Under the pieces are notes generated by a model, which saw only the letters and a list, made by a program, of their open reading frames with translations, was not told the origin of the DNA and ran no database searches. Shown in pieces: positions 19,398-27,018 of a stretch of DNA of 37,545 nt. The stretch is from assembly GCA_963628775.1 (NCBI GenBank), contig CAVGFC010000044.1, positions 1-37,545 on the forward strand, read 5' to 3'. The stretch is from Acutalibacteraceae bacterium. Lineage in GTDB: Bacteria; Bacillota_I; Bacilli_A; Erysipelotrichales; Erysipelotrichaceae. Position 1 is the first letter of the stretch; each line of letters begins with the position of its first letter. The translations under genes and the position numbers were made by a program.

Positions 19398-20832
19398 TGA
19401 ACTTTTTGATAATGTGCCACATCTAGAAATTAATCAATTATCTATTGATTCAAGAGTACCAATGAAGAATTGTATCTTCTTTTGTATAACTGGTATAAAA
19501 GATGATGGACATGATTTTGTTAAGGAAGCTGTTAAAAATGGTGCTTCAGTTATTGTTTATCAAAATGATATTGATACTAGTCTTGATGCGATTTATATCA
19601 AGGTAAATGATACAATCGATTGTTTAAATGCTATTGTTCCTAAGTTCTATAATTATCCAAGTGATAGGCTAGAAATTTATTTAACAACAGGATGTGAAGG
19701 AGTTAGTGAGATTTCCTATCTTATCCATAATCTTGTAAGAAACTTCAAGGAATGTGCTTCAATTGGTGTAAATGGTATCTTTTATGGTGACAATCAATTA
19801 TTAAATAACAATAGAACTTTAACTATATTAGATAGTCAACGTTATTTAAGTGAGTTTGTTAAAAACGATATAAAGGCTTGTACCTTAGAGGCTGATTGTT
19901 TAGCTTTTGCCTATAAGAAGCTTGATGCGATTAAGCCTAATGTATTTATTTATTCGCGTACTAATGAATATTCAAATTATTATACTGAGATGGAAGTTAA
20001 TTATTATGATATCTTGTGTAATTATTTATATACATTAGATGACACTACTGTGGTTTTGCTTAATAAAGATGATGAATCTTATGAGGAATTAATACAAGCA
20101 TGTGGTGAAAATGTTCATTCATATGGCTTTAGTTTAGATGCTGATTTTGTCATCACGAATCTAAAATTATATGAAAGATCTAGTAGTTTCACACTTACTG
20201 TTGATGGTAAAAGCTATGATTTTAAGACAAAGATTGTTACAAAACAGGGAGTAAGTGATGTTGTCGCTTCTATTGCAGCCTTATATTTAACAGGCTATGA
20301 TATGGATGAACTAGGACTTGTACTACCTTTTATTAAGCCTTTAAAAGGGGAAATGGAAATAATTGATATTTGCGATGAATATAATATTTATGTTGATTCT
20401 GCAAACAATTTCCAAGCTATAAAAGAAACTATTGAATTTGCCAAGAAGGTAATAAAGGTAAATAAACGGATAATTTGTTTATTAGGTATTAGAAATGGTT
20501 TTGATAAACAAACGCTAAAAGAAATAGGTCAATATGCATCTATTAATTGTGACAAAATTATCCTAACTGAGTTATCTACTTATAGTGGCAACATTAATTC
20601 GTTATTATTAGATGGTAGTAAGTATTTTGATGAATACAAGACACTTACTATCGAAGATAGAAAGTTTGCCATAGAATCAGCCATTGATTTATTAAATCGT
20701 GATGATATCTTATTGATACTTGGCAAGGGTAAAGATAGTTTTATTATTAGAAGTCTAGGAAAAGAGACTTATGAAGGTGACTATAATATCGCTAAGAATT
20801 ATTGTCAGCTTCTAAAAAATTCATTTGATTAG
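19387..20832 (+). CDS. MurE-like Mur-ligase family protein with degenerate catalytic motifs (putative pseudo-ligase)
   Basis: The N-terminal domain is MurE-like (LSIDSRVPMKNCIFFCITGIKDDGHDFVKEAVKNGASVIV, YNYPSDRL). The P-loop position reads TTGCEGVSE instead of GTNGKT, and the DYAHT position reads DSANN. Overlaps the mtaB end by 11 nt. Confidence 0.7.
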   Translation: MFLDELFDNVPHLEINQLSIDSRVPMKNCIFFCITGIKDDGHDFVKEAVKNGASVIVYQNDIDTSLDAIYIKVNDTIDCLNAIVPKFYNYPSDRLEIYLTTGCEGVSEISYLIHNLVRNFKECASIGVNGIFYGDNQLLNNNRTLTILDSQRYLSEFVKNDIKACTLEADCLAFAYKKLDAIKPNVFIYSRTNEYSNYYTEMEVNYYDILCNYLYTLDDTTVVLLNKDDESYEELIQACGENVHSYGFSLDADFVITNLKLYERSSSFTLTVDGKSYDFKTKIVTKQGVSDVVASIAALYLTGYDMDELGLVLPFIKPLKGEMEIIDICDEYNIYVDSANNFQAIKETIEFAKKVIKVNKRIICLLGIRNGFDKQTLKEIGQYASINCDKIILTELSTYSGNINSLLLDGSKYFDEYKTLTIEDRKFAIESAIDLLNRDDILLILGKGKDSFIIRSLGKETYEGDYNIAKNYCQLLKNSFD

Positions 20833-20882
20833 TTTTTCATTTGCATGTATAATAATGAAGATTGTGGAAGGGGGTGTTATAA

Positions 20883-21062
20883 ATGTCAAGAGTAGTAGTA
20901 AAAGAAAATGAACAATTAGATGATGCTTTACGTAGATTTAAGAGACAAGTTTCTCGTAATGGAACCCTTCTTGAAGTTAGAAAAAGAGAATATTACATTA
21001 AACCAGGTTTAAAGAGAAAACTTAAACAAGAGGCTGCAAGAAAAGCAAGAAGAGGAAAATAG
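20883..21062 (+). CDS. rpsU: 30S ribosomal protein S21 (absent from the supplied ORF track)
   Basis: My translation is [59 protein letters not shown] (59 aa), canonical S21. SD GGGGG lies 8-9 nt upstream of the ATG. Confidence 0.9.
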   Translation: MSRVVVKENEQLDDALRRFKRQVSRNGTLLEVRKREYYIKPGLKRKLKQEAARKARRGK

Positions 21063-21081
21063 TGCAAAGCACTATTTTTTT
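21060..21081 (+). terminator. Short intrinsic terminator after rpsU
   Basis: TAGTGC-aaa-GCACTA followed by TTTTTTT. The stem is only 6 bp. Confidence 0.45.
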
Positions 21082-21084
21082 ATT

Positions 21085-21090
21085 TATAAT
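21085..21090 (+). promoter_or_regulatory. -10 box (TATAAT) 6 nt upstream of the phoH ATG; candidate leaderless promoter
   Basis: Sequence is TATAAT-gtcttt-ATG, with no SD. Confidence 0.4.
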
Positions 21091-21096
21091 GTCTTT

Positions 21097-22038
21097 ATGA
21101 GTTATAGCGAAATTTTATTAGATGATTTAAATCATGAACAACTTAAAAATCTAGTTGGTGTAAATGATGCCAACATTAAATTAATGAATGATTTGTTTAA
21201 AGTTGATTTGATATTTAGAGGTAATAAATTATTGATTGATTGCGATCATGACACTTTTAATGATTTCTCGGATTATATTGAAGTAATTATTTCTTATGTT
21301 AAAGAAAATACTTTGATTGATGAAAATATAATTGTTCAAGCATTCAATAACTTAAAAATAAATAATGATATTACTTGGCAAAATAAGATAATTCTTTATA
21401 GTCAAAGTGGTAAGCCAATTAAATATAAAACTTATAATCAATTTTTACTTGCTAAGGCGATAGAAAAGAATGATTTGATTTTTTCAATTGGGCCTGCTGG
21501 TACTGGTAAGACTTATTTAGCTGTAGCTCTTGCGTGTCTTGCCTATAAAAATGAAGAAGTTAAAAAGATAATATTAACTAGACCCGCCGTAGAAGCAGGT
21601 GAGTCTTTGGGCTTTTTGCCTGGTGATTTAAAAGAAAAAATAGATCCTTATCTTATGCCTTTATATGATTCTTTATATGATATCTTAGGACAAGAACAAG
21701 TAGAAAAAATGATGGAGAAAAACATTATTGAGGTTATACCTTTAGCTTATATGCGAGGCAGAACTTTAAATAATGCCTATATCATTTTAGATGAGGCTCA
21801 AAATACAACCGGCAGTCAAATGCTTATGTTTTTAACTCGTCTTGGCTATAATTCAAAGATGATTGTTAATGGGGACATAACTCAAATTGATTTAAAGATT
21901 GATAAAAACAAGAGTGGACTTGTTTATGCTAATAAGCTTCTACAAAATACAAATAAAATTGCTTTTGTTCATTTTAACAAGAGCGATGTTGTAAGAAATC
22001 CACTGGTTGAAAAGATAATTGAAAAATTTGTTATTTAG
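21097..22038 (+). CDS. phoH: PhoH-like ATPase
   Basis: Walker A GPAGTGKTYLA, Walker B/LDEAQN, NGDITQIDL. 313 aa. Confidence 0.9.
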   Translation: MSYSEILLDDLNHEQLKNLVGVNDANIKLMNDLFKVDLIFRGNKLLIDCDHDTFNDFSDYIEVIISYVKENTLIDENIIVQAFNNLKINNDITWQNKIILYSQSGKPIKYKTYNQFLLAKAIEKNDLIFSIGPAGTGKTYLAVALACLAYKNEEVKKIILTRPAVEAGESLGFLPGDLKEKIDPYLMPLYDSLYDILGQEQVEKMMEKNIIEVIPLAYMRGRTLNNAYIILDEAQNTTGSQMLMFLTRLGYNSKMIVNGDITQIDLKIDKNKSGLVYANKLLQNTNKIAFVHFNKSDVVRNPLVEKIIEKFVI

Positions 22039-22912
22039 CTACTTTTAACTTTAGATAATTATGAAGCATCTTTACATCAAGATGCTTTGTTAGATAATTT
22101 TCGCCATCAGATTGGCATATCATATCTTGCTTAGAAGTAATATTTATTTCTTTACATCTAATGGTTTCAATGCCATCTTTAATAGTTGCTTTTCCTTTTA
22201 AGTATCTAACTAGAGTCTTATATACTTTAAATCTATTGGCAACTTTAAATAAAACCAAGTCAAAATAGCCATCATCTACAAGAGCCTTAGGTGCAGCGCA
22301 AGCTCCATTTCCATAATATGAACCATTCATTATACAAATAATGTAGTATTCACCACTTCTATCTATTCCATCAACTATCATATTAACTTTAAGTGATTTT
22401 AAAATAATAACGTTATAGATAATACTTAAAACATAGGCAGGGCCTTTAGAAATAAAGGTCTTTCTTATCAATTTAGAGGCATCATAGTTTATTTTGGCAT
22501 CTATTCCAAGGGAACTTGTATTAATAAATTTCATCTTATCGCTTTGGCCTACATCGACATATCTAGATTTAATATCGATAGTATTTTTGATATTTTGTTC
22601 AATGTCTTTATTTACACCACCAAAATAACGATAAAAATCATTACCTGAACCACAAGGTAAAATACCAAGTTCGATATTGGGATTAATAGAATTAACAGCT
22701 TCTAGAATTGTGCCATCACCACCAACTGAATATATAACACAATCATCAAAATCATTGTATTTTTCAATTATTTCTTTAGTGTGATTTGGATATTGAGTAA
22801 CTTCAATTTTATAGTCTAGTCCTTTTTCCTTACATATTTTTTCAATTGTCTTAATCGATTTATAGGCTAGTCCTTTTCCAGATATTTTATTTACGATGAA
22901 AATATGTTTCAT
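22031..22912 (-). CDS. dagK: Diacylglycerol/lipid kinase, DagK (YegS/BmrU) family
   Basis: NKISGKG N-terminus, the SVGGDGTILEAVN signature and PCGSGNDF. Convergent 8-nt overlap with phoH. Confidence 0.85.
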   Translation of the reverse strand: MKHIFIVNKISGKGLAYKSIKTIEKICKEKGLDYKIEVTQYPNHTKEIIEKYNDFDDCVIYSVGGDGTILEAVNSINPNIELGILPCGSGNDFYRYFGGVNKDIEQNIKNTIDIKSRYVDVGQSDKMKFINTSSLGIDAKINYDASKLIRKTFISKGPAYVLSIIYNVIILKSLKVNMIVDGIDRSGEYYIICIMNGSYYGNGACAAPKALVDDGYFDLVLFKVANRFKVYKTLVRYLKGKATIKDGIETIRCKEINITSKQDMICQSDGENYLTKHLDVKMLHNYLKLKVAK

Positions 22913-22918
22913 ATTAGT

Positions 22919-22924
22919 ATTTTA
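22919..22924 (-). promoter_or_regulatory. -10 box (TAAAAT on the minus strand) 6 nt upstream of the dagK ATG; candidate leaderless promoter
   Basis: The minus strand reads TAAAAT-actaat-ATG, with no SD. Confidence 0.35.
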
Positions 22925-22943
22925 ATACATCAAAGTAATGAGT

Positions 22944-22949
22944 TAAAAT
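22944..22949 (+). promoter_or_regulatory. -10 box (TAAAAT) 7 nt upstream of the rdgB ATG; candidate leaderless promoter
   Basis: Sequence is TAAAAT-attattt-ATG, with no SD. Confidence 0.35.
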
Positions 22950-22956
22950 ATTATTT

Positions 22957-23544
22957 ATGAAAAAGATATTAATTGCGACAAGTAACGCACATAAAGTAAA
23001 AGAAGTTAAAGATATTTTTGATTCTTTAAATTTTGAAGTAGAACTTATAACACCTAAAGATTTAGATCCTATAAATCTAAATGAACCTGTTGAAGATGGA
23101 AATTCTTTTAAAGAGAATTCTTATATAAAGGCTAAGTACTATTATGATTTATATCATATGCCAACTATCGCTGATGATAGTGGTATTTGTATTGATTTCT
23201 ATGATGGTAAGCCTGGCATCTATTCAGCTAGATGGTTAAAGGAACTATCTTATAAAGAAAAGAATATTAAAATTACTGAAGAATTAAAAAATAGTACTAA
23301 TAGGGGTGCCCAATTTGTTTGTGGCATCACTTATATTGATGATAGTCAAAGCCTTTATTTTGAAGGTGTATTAAAGGGAAGTATAGCTGATACACCTTGT
23401 GGCACAGAAGGATTTGGCTATGATCCAATCTTTATCATTGATGGTCAATCTAAAACGACTGCAGAGCTAGGTGAAGAATTTAAGAAATATAATTCTCATC
23501 GTGCTCTCGCTTTAAGAAAGCTGGTAGAATATTTTGAAAAATAA
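22957..23544 (+). CDS. rdgB: Non-canonical purine NTP pyrophosphatase (RdgB/HAM1)
   Basis: Contains ATSNAHKVKE, ADDSGICID, FGYDPIF and SHRALAL. Confidence 0.9.
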   Translation: MKKILIATSNAHKVKEVKDIFDSLNFEVELITPKDLDPINLNEPVEDGNSFKENSYIKAKYYYDLYHMPTIADDSGICIDFYDGKPGIYSARWLKELSYKEKNIKITEELKNSTNRGAQFVCGITYIDDSQSLYFEGVLKGSIADTPCGTEGFGYDPIFIIDGQSKTTAELGEEFKKYNSHRALALRKLVEYFEK

Positions 23545-24208
23545 GGCTATTTGTTTAATATCAACACTATGTTTAATACTTTGTGCTTTTTTAACTTGTA
23601 TTGATTATTGGTGTTTTTCTAATTCTTTTTATGCAAGTGAATATTCAAAGCTTAATACTGCTCAAGAGATTGGTATGAGCCAAGAAGACTTAGATAAAAG
23701 TACTGATGTCTTACTAGGTTATTTAAAAGATAAATATTCTTCTTTAGATATTGAAGCTAAAGTTGAAGGAATAACAAGACAAGTTTTTAATGATAGAGAA
23801 AAAGCCCATATGGTTGATGTTAAAGATCTTTATCAAAATGCACTTACTGTTAGAAATATTTGTTTTATTGTATATTTATTAACTTTTATTTATGTTTGTT
23901 TTAGTGGCAATGTCAAATATCTATTTAGTTCCTATAAAAAATCACTATGTATTTTTGGTTTTATTATTGGTTTTATATTATTATTTTGTTTAATTGACTT
24001 TGATGGTTTCTGGACTAATTTTCATCATATTTTCTTTCCAAGTAATGATTTATGGTTATTAGATCCAAGGACCGATATCTTAATTATGATGGTTCCAAGT
24101 CAATTCTTCTTTGATTTATGCATCTCAATAATTGTTTCAATTCTTGTATTTTTATTGGGCTTATATTTTATTTTCAAATATTTAGATAGGAAATTAATTA
24201 ATGATTAA
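23534..24208 (+). CDS. TIGR01906/DUF1461-like integral membrane protein (family of the lipoprotein intramolecular transacylase Lit)
   Basis: N-terminal TM segment and an extracytoplasmic loop with EKAHMVDVKDL. Three further TM segments and FHHIFFPSNDLWLLDPRTDILIMMVPSQFF, which I recognise as the family signature. TTG start overlapping the rdgB end. Confidence 0.55.
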   Translation: MKNKAICLISTLCLILCAFLTCIDYWCFSNSFYASEYSKLNTAQEIGMSQEDLDKSTDVLLGYLKDKYSSLDIEAKVEGITRQVFNDREKAHMVDVKDLYQNALTVRNICFIVYLLTFIYVCFSGNVKYLFSSYKKSLCIFGFIIGFILLFCLIDFDGFWTNFHHIFFPSNDLWLLDPRTDILIMMVPSQFFFDLCISIIVSILVFLLGLYFIFKYLDRKLIND

Positions 24209-24707
24209 TATTGTTTTATATCAACCTGAAAAGCCTGCTAATACAGGTAATATCGTGCGTACTTGCATGTGCTTTGATATGTCTTTACATATTATTGGTC
24301 CTATTACTTTTTCTTTTGAAGATAAGTATTTAAAAAGGGCAGAAATGGATTATGTAAAAGAATGTGATATTACTTTTTATGAAAATTATGAAGACTTTGA
24401 ATCTAGAAATTATGAAGGCCAATTTGTTTATTTATCAAGATATGGTTTAAATACTTTTGATAAATGTGAGTTTAAAACTCAAGGTGATATCTATATTATG
24501 TTTGGCAAGGAATCAACAGGTATTCCTAAAAGTATTTTAAAAGATCATTTATCTCAAACTTATAGACTACCAATGAAGGCTGATGCTAGAAGCCTTAATT
24601 TATCCAATTGTGTCGCAATTTGTTCATATGAAGCTATTAAACAAAGAGGATTTAAGGGCTTAAGTGAAACAGAAGTTATTAAGGGTGCTGACTTTCTACT
24701 TAGGTAG
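24201..24707 (+). CDS. trmL: tRNA (cytidine/uridine-34 2'-O)-methyltransferase TrmL (SpoU/SPOUT)
   Basis: Contains INIVLYQPEKPANTGNIVRTC, MFGKESTGIP and RSLNLSNCVAI. 168 aa. Confidence 0.85.
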   Translation: MINIVLYQPEKPANTGNIVRTCMCFDMSLHIIGPITFSFEDKYLKRAEMDYVKECDITFYENYEDFESRNYEGQFVYLSRYGLNTFDKCEFKTQGDIYIMFGKESTGIPKSILKDHLSQTYRLPMKADARSLNLSNCVAICSYEAIKQRGFKGLSETEVIKGADFLLR

Positions 24708-24727
24708 TTTTGGTTTATAATATTTTT

Positions 24728-25126
24728 ATGTTTAAAAAAAGAATAATTTTAATTATAGCGGTTATTATTTTAACAAGCGCTTGCTACATATTTATGAATC
24801 GTAATTACGATTCTTTATCACGTTATCCTTATGGCAGCGAAACAGAAAGAGAAAGAATTAAGAAATATCTTGATGAAAGAGAAATAAAATATATCATTGA
24901 TTATTCTATTGATCCTTATTTATTTATGAACTATATGATCTATCCTGATTTTATTGCCTATCATATTGAAGACTATAATACTCTAGCTCATTCATTATAT
25001 TATTTAACAGATTATGAAGTGGTTGAAGTAGTTGAAAGATTATATGAAAAAAATATCTCAGTAGATACAGCTATAAATAAATATATGTATTTTCATTATG
25101 AAGCAATTCTAAAGGATTTGGGCTAA
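24728..25126 (+). CDS. Hypothetical signal-anchored protein
   Basis: The ATG at 24728 gives MFKKRIILIIAVIILTSACYIF (a single TM segment) plus a Tyr-rich soluble domain. I recognise no family. The track start 24710 is a TTG. Confidence 0.5.
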   Translation: MFKKRIILIIAVIILTSACYIFMNRNYDSLSRYPYGSETERERIKKYLDEREIKYIIDYSIDPYLFMNYMIYPDFIAYHIEDYNTLAHSLYYLTDYEVVEVVERLYEKNISVDTAINKYMYFHYEAILKDLG

Positions 25127-25581
25127 TGAAAATAGTGCTTTGTTCAGATAATCATTCTAATTTTTCTGTTTTAGCTAAAATATTAGCTTTAAATCCTGAC
25201 GCGGATTATTATTGGCATTTAGGTGATTCAGAAAGTGAAAGCGTTGATAAACTTTCACCCTTTGTTTCCGTGCTTGGGAATAATGATTATCTAGATTTAC
25301 CGATTTATAGAGTGATTGAAGCAGGTAATCACCGTTTCTTATTAACCCATGGTCATCGTTTTTTAGGTAGTGATTTAAATACTTTATATTATCTAGCTAA
25401 ACAAAATGATTGTGATGTTGTTTTGTATGGCCATACCCATATGTTTTCAGATATATCTTATAATGGCGTAAGGTTTATAAATCCAGGTTCTTGTAGCCAT
25501 AATAGAGATGGTAGTAAGCCTAGCTATGCCCTTTTAAATATAAGGGATAAAGACATTGAAGTAGTTAAGAAAGAACTGTAA
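25126..25581 (+). CDS. YfcE/MJ0936-family metallophosphoesterase (YsnB-like)
   Basis: Motifs SDNH, LGDS, GNND, THGH and GHTH. 151 aa. TAATG overlap with the upstream stop. Confidence 0.85.
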   Translation: MKIVLCSDNHSNFSVLAKILALNPDADYYWHLGDSESESVDKLSPFVSVLGNNDYLDLPIYRVIEAGNHRFLLTHGHRFLGSDLNTLYYLAKQNDCDVVLYGHTHMFSDISYNGVRFINPGSCSHNRDGSKPSYALLNIRDKDIEVVKKEL

Positions 25582-25589
25582 AAAAGTGA

Positions 25590-25618
25590 TTGACGAACTA
25601 ATCTTCTTATATTAGAAT
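25590..25618 (+). promoter_or_regulatory. Sigma-A type promoter of the infC-rpmI-rplT operon
   Basis: TTGACG (25590-25595), a 17-nt spacer, then TAGAAT (25613-25618). Confidence 0.55.
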
Positions 25619-25757
25619 AATTGAGTAATAAAAAGTACGTAGAAAGTAGAAGACCACTTCTCACCTGATATCTAAATAGATTTGGGTTGTATTGCTACTA
25701 AGGTAAGTAATAAAAGTGGGCTTTGTCTCGCTTTTTATTTTATAGGAGGACGTTAAC
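25619..25757 (+). promoter_or_regulatory. Ribosomal protein L20 leader (infC operon attenuator), by position and structure
   Basis: About 140-nt untranslated leader between the promoter and infC. It has a local hairpin (AGAAG-acca-CTTCT, 25648-25661) and a terminator at 25712-25741. CCACTT (25654-25659) is complementary to AAGTGG (25714-25719), the 5' arm of the terminator, so alternative folds are possible. Confidence 0.55.
25712..25741 (+). terminator. Leader (attenuator) terminator upstream of infC
   Basis: AAAAGUGGG-cuuugu-CUCGCUUUU (including G-U pairs), followed by a U-rich tract and located immediately before the infC SD. Confidence 0.55.
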
Positions 25758-26279
25758 ATCGCAGGCAAAAAGACTGAAGATCTAGTCAATGAAGGTATTC
25801 GTTTTAAAGAAGTACTTGTGATTGATTCAGATGGCTCACAACTTGGTAAGATGAGCAGAAACGAAGCTTTATCAAAAGCTTATGATCAGGAATTGGATTT
25901 ATTATGTGTATCACCAAATTCTGCTACACCAGTATGCAAAATACTAGATTATGGTAGATATAAATTTGAGGCACAAAAGAAAGCCAAGGAAGCAAAGAAG
26001 AATCAGCATGTAACTGAGTTAAAACCTTTGCGTTTATCTCCAGTTATTGATAAGCATGACTTTGATACTAAAATTAAGCAAGCGACTGGCTGGCTTGAAG
26101 ATGGTATGAAGGTTAAAGTTGATATGCGTTTTAGAGGTCGTATGATGACTCGTCAAGAGGTTGGCTTAAAGGTTATGAATGACTTTATAAGTAGTCTTTC
26201 AGATCTTGCTAATGTGGATAAGCAACCTAAACTTGAAGGTAATATCATGTCATGCGTTTTAATGCCTAAGAAAAAATAA
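25758..26279 (+). CDS. infC: Translation initiation factor IF-3, with a non-canonical ATC start
   Basis: The reading frame is open from TAG 25743. SD AGGAGGA (25744-25750) lies 7-8 nt before ATC 25758. This start gives 173 aa and includes the conserved N-terminus ...LVNEGIRFKEVLVIDSDGSQLG, which the track start (GTG 25818) truncates. Confidence 0.85.
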   Translation: MAGKKTEDLVNEGIRFKEVLVIDSDGSQLGKMSRNEALSKAYDQELDLLCVSPNSATPVCKILDYGRYKFEAQKKAKEAKKNQHVTELKPLRLSPVIDKHDFDTKIKQATGWLEDGMKVKVDMRFRGRMMTRQEVGLKVMNDFISSLSDLANVDKQPKLEGNIMSCVLMPKKK

Positions 26280-26291
26280 GGAGGAATTCAA

Positions 26292-26486
26292 ATGCCAAAA
26301 ATGAAAACAAAAAAGACTTTTGCGAAAAGAGTAAAAGTTACCGGTTCTGGAAAGTTAAAAAGACATCACAACTTTACATCACACTTTGCTGCTAATAAGA
26401 CACATAAGCAAAAAGTTCAATTAAGAAAGTCAGCTCTAGTTTCTAAGAGTGATGAAAAAAGAGATAGAGCTTTATTACAAGGATAG
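26292..26486 (+). CDS. rpmI: 50S ribosomal protein L35
   Basis: [26 protein letters not shown]... is canonical L35. SD AAGGAGG. Confidence 0.95.
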   Translation: MPKMKTKKTFAKRVKVTGSGKLKRHHNFTSHFAANKTHKQKVQLRKSALVSKSDEKRDRALLQG

Positions 26487-26498
26487 GAGGAATAACAC

Positions 26499-26858
26499 AT
26501 GGCTAGAGTAAAGAGATCTAATTCATTAAGAAAAAGACATAAGAGAGTCTTAAAACAAGCTAAGGGTTATTTCGGTAGTAAACATTTACTATTTAAGACA
26601 GCTCATGAGCAAGTAATGCATTCTCATAAGTATGCTTACATCGCAAGAAAACAAAATAAGAGAAACTTCCGTAAGTTATGGATTGCTAGAATCAATGCTG
26701 CTGCAAGAATGAATGATTTAAGCTATTCTAATCTTATGCATGGTTTAAAGCTTGCTAATGTAAACATGAACAGAAAGATGCTTTCTGAAATTGCAATTGC
26801 TGATCCTGAAGCTTTCACAAAGATTTGTGATACTGCTAAGGCAGCATTAGCTAAGTAA
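26499..26858 (+). CDS. rplT: 50S ribosomal protein L20
   Basis: [28 protein letters not shown]... is canonical L20. SD AGGAGG. Confidence 0.96.
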   Translation: MARVKRSNSLRKRHKRVLKQAKGYFGSKHLLFKTAHEQVMHSHKYAYIARKQNKRNFRKLWIARINAAARMNDLSYSNLMHGLKLANVNMNRKMLSEIAIADPEAFTKICDTAKAALAK

Positions 26859-26880
26859 TAATAGGGCTATTGCCCTAAAT

Positions 26881-26957
26881 GGTCGATTGGTGAAACGGTT
26901 TAACACATCGCCCTCTCAAGGCGACATTCACGGGTTCAAATCCCGTATCGATCACCA
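26881..26957 (+). tRNA. tRNA-Glu, anticodon CUC, with encoded CCA
   Basis: Manual cloverleaf: acceptor GGTCGAT/ATCGATC (one G-U), 3-bp D stem GTG/CAC with an AACGGTTTAA-type loop, and anticodon stem TCGCC/GGCGA. The loop is C-T-CTC-A-A (anticodon 26915-26917), the T arm is ACGGG-TTCAAAT-CCCGT, the discriminator is A and CCA follows. The backbone closely resembles Bacillus/E. coli tRNA-Glu. Confidence 0.88.
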
Positions 26958-26967
26958 TTAGTATTTT

Positions 26968-26991
26968 AAGAAGCCTCGTGCTTCTTTTTTT
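26968..26991 (+). terminator. Intrinsic terminator after tRNA-Glu (end of the infC transcription unit)
   Basis: AAGAAGC-ctcgt-GCTTCTT followed by TTTTT. Confidence 0.75.
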
Positions 26992-27018
26992 GTATAATGA
27001 TTTTATTAGGAGTATTAT

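Noticed and set aside
26862-26877. The hairpin TAGGGC-tatt-GCCCTA after rplT as the operon terminator
   Set aside because: No U-tract follows it and the tRNA starts 4 nt later. It is more likely a processing or stability element. The real terminator is at 26968-26991.
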